Assembly: GCF_001194135.2 (NCBI RefSeq) | Contig: NC_068998.1 | Span: 19,446,252-19,510,251 of the forward strand | Origin: Octopus bimaculoides | Taxonomy: Eukaryota | Direction: 5' to 3' | DNA: 64,000 nt | Shown: positions 12,701 through 25,700 of the stretch, piece after piece | How positions within the stretch are numbered: position 1 is the first letter of the stretch | Layout: each line of letters begins with the position of its first letter | Program-made: the position numbers and the translations under genes | Notes under the pieces: generated by a model | Told to the model about the DNA's origin: nothing | Database searches by the model: none | What the model saw: the letters and a program-made list of their open reading frames with translations, nothing else

Positions 12701-14149
12701 CAAGGGAAAACAAGGAACATAGTTTACAATGAGGTGTTATAATCACAACAGCAAGAAAGTATGTACATGGTCACCTTCTTTTATGAAACTTCATTGACTT
12801 TCATATATTTATATTGATATACATATATATACGTGTGTTTGGGTGCGTGTGTGTATATACATCTCTATATATAAAGATGATGCGTAGTCTAGACGGCGTT
12901 TTTAGATTTCATTATTCTCTTTAACCCGGGCAACGCCGGGTATTTCTGCTAGTCCATTATAAATGTGTTGTACTTTGGTCTATTTTTAAAAAATGCTTCA
13001 GTGGGAAATTGTTTTGGTTTCACCCTCACTGACTACTAATTTAGGGTAAACTGTTTTTCACCTGAGACCCTAATCTAAAATGTTTCAGTATGTGAAATTG
13101 AAGAATTGAGATTTCAGAATAGTTTGCCATAAAGTCATTGTTGTTAGTGAGCCGTCCAAGTTTGCTATATACAATTATATTTATTAAGAAGATATGACAG
13201 AAGCCAACTAGAATTTATGATACTACCCAACAAACTACAAACTGAGAACACCTAATCTGTAGATCATCAGAATTGTACCATTCATATATTGTTCTCATTA
13301 TGAAATTCTCATCTGTATTGAGCTATGTTTAAAAATAGCAGTTGTGTGAGATAACCAATCCCAGTAGAACACACATATCTTTCTCACCATAAATGTTGCA
13401 TAGTTTGAAGACTAAAAAAACTTATTCCATGTACTTATATGATGTCAAAAATGGAACAGAGTCCAATAGTTTTTCTCTCTCTCTCATTCTTTTTATCTAT
13501 ATATACACATATAATTAATAAATATCAGGGTAGGAAAAAATTTTAGAAATTTTTACTACCAGTGCTGTCTTGAAAGTAATGACAGCCTTTGAGAAAGAGG
13601 GAAGAACCTCCTCTTTGAAACAAAACTCCGGAAGAAAACCAAAACTTTCAGATAGGGACCGTTGGACTCTTACGTGAATTGTTAGAAAGGATCACAAAAT
13701 TACTGCAGAGCTTAATGACCACCTCGAGAACCCAGTTTCCACAAAAACTGTTTGCTGAGAGCTGCACAAAGCCAGATTTTACGGGAGGGCTGCAATTAGA
13801 AATCCACTACTTTCAAAAACAAATGCTGCAAAGCGTTTAGAGTGGAGTAAAAACCTACAGAATTGGTCCCTAGAGCAGTGGAAGAATGTTATTTTCTGGG
13901 ACAAGTCATCCTTTACCCTATTTCCAACCACTGGCTGAGTATACGTGTGGAGACAGCCAAAAGAAGCATTTGACTCAGGCTGCCTTCTTCCAGCTGTTAA
14001 ACATTTGTTTGNNNNNNNNNNTGAGTATACGTGTGGAGACAGCCAAAAGAAGCATTTGACTCAGGCTGCCTTCTTCCAGCTGTTAAACATTTGTTTGAAA
14101 TTTTAAGGTGTTTCCATTATTTTGTACAACACCTGTATATATATATATT

Positions 14150-14195
<46 letters not shown>

Positions 14196-17100
14196 TGTCT
14201 TTGTGCCTGTTTGTCTACCCATCACCACACAACTGATATTGGTGTGGTTATGTACTTGGTTCCTGTAACTTAGTGTTTCAGTAAAAAAGACCGTTAGAAT
14301 AAGTACTAGGTTGACTTCTTTGACTAAAAAAGAAAAAAAATTTAATGAAATACTCACAGGTTGTGCAGAAAGACCAGAAGCAATAGCAGTCATTGTCCGT
14401 ATAGTTGCAGGAGATATACTGAAAACAAGATTAGTTGTTTGAAGTTGTATATGCTGGCCTTCGTTAAATGGAGCACTGCTATGAAAGTTAATTTCACAGG
14501 TGTTAAGAATCTAAAATAAAAAAAAAAAATGAAAGCTGTTAAGATTTTTTGATTCCAACAGAAGAAACAAAATAAGAAAGTAGCCATTGCTAAAATAAAA
14601 ATAAGGAACTACTTGTTTAGCTGATAACTAGCACTCCATCAGTTAAGAGACAAGTGCTCCAGTTGATCCGATCGATGGAACAGCCAGCTCATGAAATTAA
14701 CATGCAAGTGACTGAGCACTCCACAGACACGTGTACCCTTAACGTAGTTCTTGGGAATTCAGTGTGATACAGAGTGTGACAATGCTGGCCTTTTGAATTA
14801 CAGGTACAGCTCATTTTTGTCAGCTGAGTCGACTGGAGCAATGTGAAATAAAGTGTCTTACTAAAGGACATAATGTGCCACCAGGAATTGAAATCATGAC
14901 CTTACAATCTTGAGCTGAATATCCAAACCTCTAAGCCACATACTTTCACTGATAGTCAGCTCTGACTAAGTAGAATTGGTACCAACTGATCATCCCATCA
15001 TTTTTTTTTTCAGACATTGTTTCTTGCACCACACTCTCTTGTGTACCCTTCCACTATTTTCTTTTTTAAGCTGATAGGGAGTGATTTGAGGTAGACTTGA
15101 TTGTTACTTTTATCAGTCTAGAGACCACAAAGACTCTTGTAGGCTATGGATATTAACATTGTTAGAGATTGTGTTGGCACTCCGTCGCTTACGACGTCGA
15201 GGGTTCCAGTTGATCCGATCAACGGAATAGCCTGCTCGTGAAATTAACGTGCAAGTGGCTGAGCACTCCACAGACACGTGTACCCTTAACGTAGTTCTCG
15301 GGGATATTCAGCGTGACACAGTGTGACAAGGCTGGCCCTTTGAGTTACAGGCACAACAGAAACAGGAAGTAGAGTGAGAGAAAGTTGTGGTGAAAGAGTA
15401 CAGCAGGGTTCGCCACCATCCCTTGCCAGAGCCTTGTGGAACTTTAGGTGTTTTTCGCTCAATAAACACTCACAACGCCCAGTCTGGGAATCGAAACCGC
15501 GATCCTATGACCGCAAGTCTGCTGCCCTAACCCTGGGCCATTGCGCCTCCACAGTTAGAGATACTGATTAGTAAAGATGCAAATTTTCATATAATAATAA
15601 TTGAAATTCAATTTAATAAAATGACATAATATGAAATGAAATGAAAGTTACCGCTTATGATGCCAAGAGGATTTAAGGCATTCAGTCAAAATGTTAATCC
15701 AAATCCAATTATGAAATACATTTAAATCTTAATGGGACTAACAGTTCATTGCGATTTTAGTGTACATGATTAAATTCTAACTGCAAATAGTACCACAAGG
15801 AAGTGCATTTTACTATTTTAAGTAACAGCTGGGGAAGTGGACTGTTCAACTAACACCTGACAACTGACCTTGGTAAATTATTGGCTCAGCTTGATCACAC
15901 ATTGTGCAATAAAAGGAAATCATTTAATATCACAAGCTATGTAGTCTGACATTCTACCATTTTAGTCACAATTCTGCCTTTAGTGACTGAGAACTGACAA
16001 TTGCTTTATTAACCCTTTAGTATTTAAACTGGCCATATCTGGCCAAAATATTCTACCTTTTTCACATTTTAAACTGGTCAGATCCTGCCTCTCACATCTA
16101 CTCTATAATGTTATCTTAAACATAAACAGTCACATCATCAAAATCTCAAATTTATGAGAGAGTGCATGATTAATTCAAAGCAATGTAAATAAATAAACAT
16201 TACATTTGAGTAATCTGAATGCTAAAGGGTTAACTAGAAAAATTTGGTTAAAAGTCTCTTACAGCCAGGTAACAAATCCTTCCAATTCAAAATAGTGCAT
16301 ATATTTAGAGTGTGTATCAAATACACATCTGTACTAGTTCTGTCTATTTCACATTTTCTACACTATAAACATAATTGTCATCATTTAACCATATGTTGTT
16401 ACAACTGACAAAGTTTTATTTGGCTCCATAAAGATTATCATATTCCATTTTTCTTTGGATCACTAGTTGACAATAAAGTCTTCAGTTGTACCTCACCAGC
16501 CCAAACTTCTATAGGGAATTACTTTGTATTTTAAAGTATAATACTTCACCTGAATGCCATTATCTCTCTTCTTGAAGGTTGATGATACAATCTGAAGGCC
16601 ACAGACATTAGCTGACATTGTAGCGGTATCAGGAGTGGACACCATTTTAAAATCAATATTTGACTGAAATATAAAACAAAAAGCAACCATGAAGACTACA
16701 AGAAAAATAAAAGGACAGCAAATAACTAAAGTATGATACAATTGATTAGTAAGACAGATGTTGACTTACATGGAGCACCAATGCATTAGTTTCAGAGTTG
16801 CATTGATCTTCTATGAGAACAATTTCAGGATGTGATATTGAAACATTAATGTTCATATTTGATGTGGGTCTTTCAGGAGCTGCAGGAGCTGCAGACACTG
16901 TAGCTAAAATTGGAAGTTGTTTTGAGACAGAAAAAAATGTTAACCATTATTATAAAAAAGTCAGCATTATTGCATTAATATTACAGTGGTAACAGTGACA
17001 GGTCTTCCTTATCTTCTGACTAATTAACCCTTTCGATACTATTCTACCTGAAACAACAACTGATCCTATGATACAAACATCCTCTTTTAAAGGGATCTAA

Positions 17101-19669
17101 AATAAAACCTTCCATAAATTTTATGCTAATTTATGCTTCAAACACCAGTTTAATGACAAAGTTATTTTGCTAAATTCTTCATTAATTTCAAAATTAGTTG
17201 AAATAAAGGTAGTGTATTTCAACATAAATAAAGGAATAAAAGAGATAATTAAAAAAAAAAAGTGAGAGAAGATTAGTATTAACATCTTGAGATTATTTGT
17301 ACTTTATTTTCTGTAAAATAAAGTTAATCATTTATATTCCTTTATTCTTATTCTTATTTTCAGTTTTTGGAATATGGCCATACTGGGGATTGCCCTGAAG
17401 GGTTTCATTCAATCAAATCAACACTGGTACCAATTTTACGCCTGGTACTTATTCTATCAAACCCCTTTTAGCTGAAACACTAATTTACAGGGATGTAAAC
17501 AAATCTACATGAGTTATCAAGTAGAGTGAGACTAATACAGACTTGGATGCACACTCAATGAGGCTTCTGCATAGATTCCATGTACTAAATTCACTCATCA
17601 GGCATTGGTTAGCTGGGGATAAAGTAGATAAAAGTTGCCCAAGTGGCTGTATAGTGGGATTGAACATGAAACCAAGAAGTTGTGAAGCAAACTTCTTAAC
17701 CACCCAGCCAAACCTCTGCTTACTATTTCTTCTATTTTGATTATTTGTTTTTGTTGAAATTTGTTTAATTATTTGATTTTGTTTCCACAGTCTTACTCTG
17801 ATGACATGATAGACTCAGATAAAGAAGGTTGTTAATCTTTTTGAATTAATTACTGAAGCTTTGATGAGAAAGTAGTAGTTCATGTTAGGATGGTTATTAA
17901 AAAATAAGTAAGAACTATAAGAACAAAAAGAATATTTGCTATTTAACCCTTTAGCATTCAGATTATCCTGTCAAATGTAATGCTTATCTATTCAGATTTT
18001 TTTAAAGACATCATGCATTATCTCATAGCTTTGAGATTTCGATGATGTGATTGTTTATTTTTAGAAACACATTGTCAACCAGTTGTGAGAAGCTGGATCT
18101 AGCCAGTTTGATCAAAAAGCAGATAGAACAGTGGTTCTCAATCGGAGTCCATATAAGAATTTTGGGGGTCTATGCAACAAAATAGTAAATTGGGCATCCA
18201 CAATAATATTCTAAAGGCCCATGAAAGATTTTGCGTTAAATGTATGTATTGGTGTGAATTGCAAGAAACAGCTGGGTTTCTTTTTTTAACATTTTACATA
18301 GTTCAACCTACACAAGTGAATGAGTGAAAAACAAAATAAGAATTTTGAAAGAAGTTTCTATTAAACTAGTTTTTAAACATCGAATGGCTGAGGGGGTCCA
18401 CCAGAATAAAATAGTAATCAAAGGGGTCCATAGCTAAAAAATGGTTGAGAACCCCCATGATAGAATATTTGGGCTGGGTATGGCTGGTTTAAATACTAAA
18501 GGGTTAAAGAATTTCATGTTTAAATACACATAAAATCTTATGCAGGATATTTGATACAGCAATTAATAGTTTAGTTTTAATGAGAAACTGACGATTTTGA
18601 AGATAAAGATTTTTTTTCTAATCCTAAAAAAGAAAAGAAAACAAAAAAAATATCAAACTTACTCCTTGAAGTTTTTGAATCTTGTACTGAACGTTTGGAT
18701 TCAGAAGCAGTTGCTGTTTTTGTTGCTCCTTGAGTGAAGAAGTTTCCTAAAGTCATCAGAAAGTCTAAACAAACGCATATGTGCAAGTTGCACACTTTGA
18801 CGTTGACTGAAAACAGAGAGGAAAATATGAAGGATTAAAGAACAATGTATGAATCGATGTCAATTTTTTTAACTGAAAGAAACAATGAAAAACAAACACT
18901 TACTTGATGGCTTACTGAAAAACAATTTCGTATGATATCATCAAATTAGTTCTATTGAAGAAAGTGAAAATTTAATTCATCATCAGCATTGCTTAACATC
19001 CATTTTTCCATGATTGCATGGATCAGACAGAATTTGTTGAGGTAAATTTTCAATGGCCTGATGCCCTTCTTGTTGCCAACCCTCACTGGCTTCCAAGCTA
19101 GGTAATATTTTCCATGGCCAGATATGTTTTCTACAGAAGACTGGAAATGAACAACCACACTTGCATGACAATGGTGCTCATTTACAAGACAAAAGCACAC
19201 ACACACACACACACGTGCATGTGCACAAGAGGCTTCTTTCAGTTTCTATCAGTCAAATTTACTCACAAGGCTTTGGTTGGCCCAAAGCTATAGTAGAAGA
19301 CATTTACCTAAGGTGCCATGCAGTGGGACTGAACCCAAGACAACATGACTGGGAAGCAAGCTTCTTAACAACACAGCCACATCTGCACCTATATTGTTTA
19401 TGGAAATCTGAATTAGAACCAAAAATAATTCACACATAAGTTCTATACGTTCTCTAATGGAAGTATTACAAGCAGCTAACTACAACAAAGAAATATTCTA
19501 ATACTCTTAGGCCTACCCTATCCTTAACTAACTCTAGTAAGTCAGTGACTACTTGGGGTGGAATGAGATGACTGGTGTGGATGTCTGGATGCTGGCAATG
19601 TGGCACAGCTTACTGGACATTGAACAGATTTTGGTGATAGTACTTTTTGGCACTGGAAGCAAATACACA

Positions 19670-19714
<45 letters not shown>

Positions 19715-22700
19715 AAAATATATACATACAAATAAAAAGAGAGAGAGGAGGGGAGATACAATTCATTAACTGAACACAATTGGCATAAATAAAGAGAATT
19801 AAGCTCAGAGAAAAAGAGTGAGGGAAGGACAGAATGGGAAGAACAAAACATCTAATGCCAAATAAGTCAGCATCAAATCAGTGATACCAAATAAGTGGCA
19901 CCAAAACAACTATGCCAAAACATTTTGTTGGAGTTTGGTCTAATTATCAAAGGCAAAGCAGGCTGAAGACTCAAGTTTGAATGTTTTTAAATCAATATGT
20001 ACTGCTATACTAGATAAATCAATTTAATTCTAAATTTTCTGAGTCAAAAATGCATAAGGAAACTGAGATTTTGTCACTGATTAAATGAGAATATTTAATA
20101 TTTAACTCATTAATATATGATTTCTAAATTTGAATATTTCCTATTATAGTTGGATTATGTATTTCCTAATATGAAAAAATAATATTCAATTTTTAAGACA
20201 ATCAGCCTCCAACAAAACATATATCAAACTAGCCCAAAACTCAACTTCCTATCAAGACTCAAATTTTCTTCTCCAGAATTGAGCAACTGTACTGAAGAAG
20301 TCCATTTTGCTTATTTTTATATCTACCATTACCTAAACCTCACATAGAATATCTTGTTTGCTATACTACATCTCAGAAAGACATACAATGAATTGTGAAA
20401 CACAGTATGATTCTAGATAAATCTGAAGGATGGCATATCTGGGATCCTGGATAGGGTTTTTGCTCCAAATTGTTTAGTTAATTAAATATATACTATAGAT
20501 ACATTTGTTCAATGGGAAGAATATTTTCACTTTTGGGTTTGAGCTGTTCACCTTTACTTAAATATTACGATTCTTTTGCCTAGATTATTTTCAGAACAAA
20601 ACTTCAGAAAACTTCAGGCCAACAAAGAGAGAGAGAAAAAAAAAAAAGAATACAAATACATATATTCTTATATCAGGTCATTAAGAATGAAATGTCTGAT
20701 TTTTAACTTAAAGTTTATTTCACTTTATCTCAATTAAAAGCAATGCAGTTAATCAAAGTATGAACCTAAATTATCAACACACTTTTGCCATTTTATCGGT
20801 AGCTGGCAGTAAAGAATTCTGGAGAGCAAGAGGTGATGAAATCAGGAAGGGCTGTTTTTGTATCTTCTTCAGATTTGAAGTTTTTACCTTGCAAAAAGTT
20901 GTTTAATGCCTGGAAAACGTGATAGTCAGCGGGTGCAAGGTCTGGTGAATATGGTATATGACAGAGTACTTCCAAGTTCAGTTCCTGTAACTTCAGTAGC
21001 GCTCTTTGAACAACATGTGGTCGAGCATTGATTTGCAAGAGAATTGGCCTGTCACTATTGACCAATCTCAGCTGTTTAATTGCAAGTTCACTCATCATTT
21101 CATCCAATTTGTTGGTGTATACATCTGCCAGGTCTCATGAAGCTGTAGTGGATGACACCAGCACTGGACCACCAAACAAACACCATCAGTTTTTTTGATG
21201 AATATTCTTTTTTGGATTGTGTTTAGGCACTTTGTCTCTGTCCAACCACCATGCAGAATGCTCGCTATTTTTGAAAAGAATCCATTTGTCATCACATAAC
21301 AATACAATGCAAAAATGGTTCGCTTTTATGCCACAACAACAAAGAATAGCAAGTTTCAAGACGATGTGTTCAGTTTGTGTGGTACACTTGTCCAGCTTCT
21401 TTACCTTGCCAATTTGTTTCAGATGGTCCAATACAGTTGGAATCAAAACACCAAACCTTGCAGCTAACTCATGTGTAGTTTGAGATGTATCTACTTCCAC
21501 TACAACTTCCAGTTTATCATTATCCACCTTAGTCTCAAGTCTACCATGGGGCTAATTTGTCAAGAGTAAAGTCACCAGACCAGAACTTCTCAAGCCATCG
21601 ACATACAGTGTGCTCATTTGCCACATCTTCACCAAACACCTCATTGATGTTTCGAGCTGTCTGGGATGCATTGGTTCCATGATGGAATTCATATTCATAA
21701 ACAACACAAATTTTTGATCTATCCATGGGTTCACAAAAATTGATTTACAAGAGAAAACTCACAATATAATCAGACACCATGAATTGCATTTCAAAAAGTG
21801 ATGATGTAACTCTTCAATGTCGTAAAACAGAATTGTCAGGATAAAACATTAGAGTTAATGACTGTCAAACTTGGTGCATAAGAAAATTGGACATTTCATT
21901 CTTAATGATTCGATATATATGCATACTAATATACCATACTCACCATCTTTGTCTGCTTTGGAATTTTGCTGAAACTGCACTTCAATCATATTTTGTGCTG
22001 GTGTTGATACTGGACTTGCAGAGTATCTTTGAATCATTCTGTTACGATCAATCAAAACAATGCCTAATTAAAGCTTTCTTAGACAAACAATTAGGTTACT
22101 TATTAGAGAAAACAGAAGAAATAAGGAAAATCAAAAATATTAATGCTCTAAATACATATAAAAAAAAAAAAATGCATTGCTTAAGAACATAGCTTCCGAC
22201 AAGATTTTTATAACATTGTGTAAACAGTAACTTGATCTTAATAGATCAGCTTCTCAAAATATTATGATATATGTGAAAATATAAAATTGTTATAATTTCC
22301 TTTTAAATATAAGATGAAAGTGCACAGAGCGTTTGTGAACAAACTTTAGCAGGGTATAAATAAATGATGAACTAAGGTAATTTTTGCTTTTCTCATTTCT
22401 CTTTCAAACTTATTAACAGTATCAACATAGCAGATACCAATCTAGCACAAAAAAGAAAAAGGAAAGTTGTGTTCATGACTCTTGCTGCAATTTGGAAATT
22501 GTAGCTTCTTGAGCAAGGCTGAATCCTTCATCTTTAAGGTCCAAAAAGAGTTGGAGGCCTTTGGTGGAGACAAATCATCTGTGAATATTGATGTGCATGT
22601 ATATGTTTGTGTATATACATGTATATGTGCAATAACCCACATATATTCGTACTCATATGCATGTTACTTCTGTAATTATAATGCTATTCGTTGGTTTGTA

Positions 22701-25700
22701 CATTTAACGTTTGTGTATGAATGTTTATAAAAGTAAATTTAAACACATATTTACGTTAATATTTTTAAAATAGTGCATGGATAGCAGGTCTTAAACTCAT
22801 CTGTTATGGTTTGGAGGATTATAATAAATAGGAAGCTAAGAATTGAGCCCTGATGAACACTTGCTTGTATGCTAAATTCCTTGCTGACTCTTATTTGATT
22901 GACATTGTCTTTAAACATAGCTTCAGTGACTCTCAAATTTTATTTACCTTCATCTACATGTAGCTTTCTCAGCGACCATCTTAAAACATACACAACTTTT
23001 GTTTTCATATATTATCAGAGATATAAATACTGAACTTAATCCTAGAGGGGCTTCAGTTATAACAATGACAACTACATGCTGCTAAACATCTAATTAATCA
23101 CTCTACTACTTCAATCATGTTCAATGCTCTTTATATCTACATACCTTCTTATTGCATATTCTTTTACAGGACGACTGTCATCTAAAATGGTGTTATTCAA
23201 AATAATATTTGCTTTCATCGAGCCATCTGACTGCATATTAAAGTCTATGTCAAACACCTGTAACTCAAAATGTCCCAGACACTTCTTGCTGTCTCGTTTC
23301 ATCACTATTCCAGCTTCGCTTGACTGAAAAATGGAGTGGTAAAAAAGAAATCAAAGAACATAAATGGAAAGATTATACTAGATAATCAGTTTAAGAATTT
23401 ATAAATTTTTAAATGAAGAGAGACAAGACAATTTTCCTTTTATTTAAAGGGAATTTAAAAAGGAGATTTAGCTGCTACTTCTAGCAGGTTGAATAAACCC
23501 CTTTGAGGCTCTTTTATTGACTTCTAATATGGTTGTTGTTTTAATATTGTACATATATCAATGTTACAAATGCAGTTACAAAGAGATTTTTTGGATACAA
23601 AGATAAATTATTATTGTCATGTGGTTAAGTTATTATTATTATCATCATTATTATTATTATTATGCGGAGGCGCAATGGCCCAGTGGTTAGGGCAGCGGAC
23701 TCGCGGTCATAGGATCACGGTTTTGATTCCCAGACCGGGCATTGTGAGTGTTTATTGAGCGAAAACACATAAAGCTCCACAAGGCTCCGGCAGGGGATGG
23801 TGGCAAACCCTGCTGTACTCTTTCACCACAACTTTCTCTCACTCTTACTTCCTGTTTCTGTTGTGCCTGTAATTCAAAGGGTCAGCCTTGTCACATTGTG
23901 TCACGCTGAATCTCTCCGAGAACTACATTAAGGGTACACATGTCTGTGGAGTGCTCAGCCACTTGCACGTTAATTTCACGAGCAGGCTGTTNNNNNNNNN
24001 NNNNNNNNNNNNNNNNNNNNNNNNNNNNNNNNNNNNNNNNNNNNNNNNNNNNNNNNNNNNNNNNNNNNNNNNNNNNNNNNNNNNNNNNNNNNNNNNNNNN
24101 NNNNNNNNNNNNNGTTGATAGAATAAGTACCAGTAGAACACTGGGGTCGATATAAATGACTCAGCTCCTCCCCCCAAAATTGCTGCCCTTGTGGCAAAAT
24201 TTGAAGCCCTTATTATTATTACTAAGGCAGCAAGCTGGCAGAATCGTTAGCATGATGGATGAAATGCTTAGCAACATTTCTTATGTCTTTACATTCTGAG
24301 TTGAAACTCCGCTGGGGTTGACTGTGCCTTTCGTCCATTTGGGGTTGATAAAATAAGTACCAGGTGAGTACTGGGTTTGATGTAATTAACTTATCCCCCC
24401 CCCCCAAACTGCAGGCCTTGTGCCAAAACTTGAAACCACTATTATTATTATTAAACATGAAGTAAAGGCACGCGGTTTAGTGGTTAGTGCATTTGGCTCA
24501 CAATCGCAAAATCACAAGTTCAATTCCTGGTGGTGCATTGTGTTCCTGAATAAGACACTTCATTTCATGTTGCTCCAATCCACTCAGCTGGCAAAAATGA
24601 GTTGTACCTGTAGTCCAATGGGACAGCCATGTTATATTTTGGTGTATCAGGCTGAATCTCCCTGAGAACTAGATTAATAGTACACATGTCTATGGAGTGC
24701 TCAGCCATTTGCACACTGCTTTCATGAGCAGGTCATTCCATTGATTGAATCAACAGGAACACTCATTGTCATAACCAACAGGGTGCCCAACTGGCCATTA
24801 AACTTTACTTATTTGGTGTCTTCCAGGTGTCAATAAAAGTAATTGACAATCAAGTACAGGGATTATCATAAGCAACTGTGTTCCTTCCACAAAACTGCTG
24901 GCCTTATGCTAATGTTATAGATTATTATTTTGTATTAAGGCAGTGGACTGGCAGAACTGTTAACACATTGGATAAAATGCTTAGCAGTATTTTTTCTGGC
25001 TCTGTAGGTTCTTAGTTCAAATACTACTGAGGTTAACTTTGCCTTTCAACTTCTTGGGGAAGATAAAAAAAGTACCAGCCATGTAACTGACTACTCAACC
25101 CCTCCAGTTGTTGGTTTTGTGCCAAAATTTGAAACAATTTTTACTATTATTTGATAAATTATCATTAATGATGTACAACTGTTGCATGCAGTTCTTGATT
25201 TGGTTCAGTTATATACTATCCAAGACATTGGAGATTACCAGAACTATTAAGTTATGAAAAGGCCATCAATGTTTGTAGCAGGTCAAACAACTGTATGGCA
25301 GTTTCTTTGTTGGCTTCAATAATTTCAAGAATGACTAAAGATGGAAATCTTGCAAAGATTAATAAAAATGTTTAAGATATAAAGTTTAACCATTTGCCTG
25401 TCAAAAGCATTTTCATAAGTTTGTCCTAAATGTCCATGCTGGTATTCAAACTTTTAGTTAAACCTTGTTTCATATGTTCTGAGTAATATAAAGCTTTCCT
25501 CTCACAGATATGAAGTTACTCTCAGGGTTGAAGATAAATTGGTAATGTGTATCATATATGATGCATGATGCCAGAGAAATATGTTCCATGTATCATATAT
25601 GATATACAGAAAGTTTCTTTTCTCTATTTACCACTACCAAAAATGTAAAACTGTAGCATACCACTTCATCTTTTCCCATGTAAAGTGTTGCTGATAAGCT

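Noticed and set aside
11797-12746. ORFs of 277-304 aa made mostly of X
   Set aside because: Artefacts of the 733-N gap. Only the Helitron tail after the gap is meaningful, and it is in a different frame from most of them.
13936-14097. Exact 76-bp direct repeat flanking a 10-N gap
   Set aside because: Identical sequence on both sides of a nominal gap is typical of an unmerged contig overlap, so this is an assembly artefact.
19553-19652. Possible extra exon after a (TG)n tract (ccag|TGCC...CCAA|gtagtc)
   Set aside because: At 100 nt it breaks the frame, the donor is weak, the peptide is not VPS13-like, and w28-w29 join in phase without it.
23666-23745. tRNA-like sequences (also near 2480-2556 and 15475-15553)
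   Set aside because: They are SINE heads continuing into a shared body with TSDs and lack a proper acceptor stem, so they are not tRNA genes.
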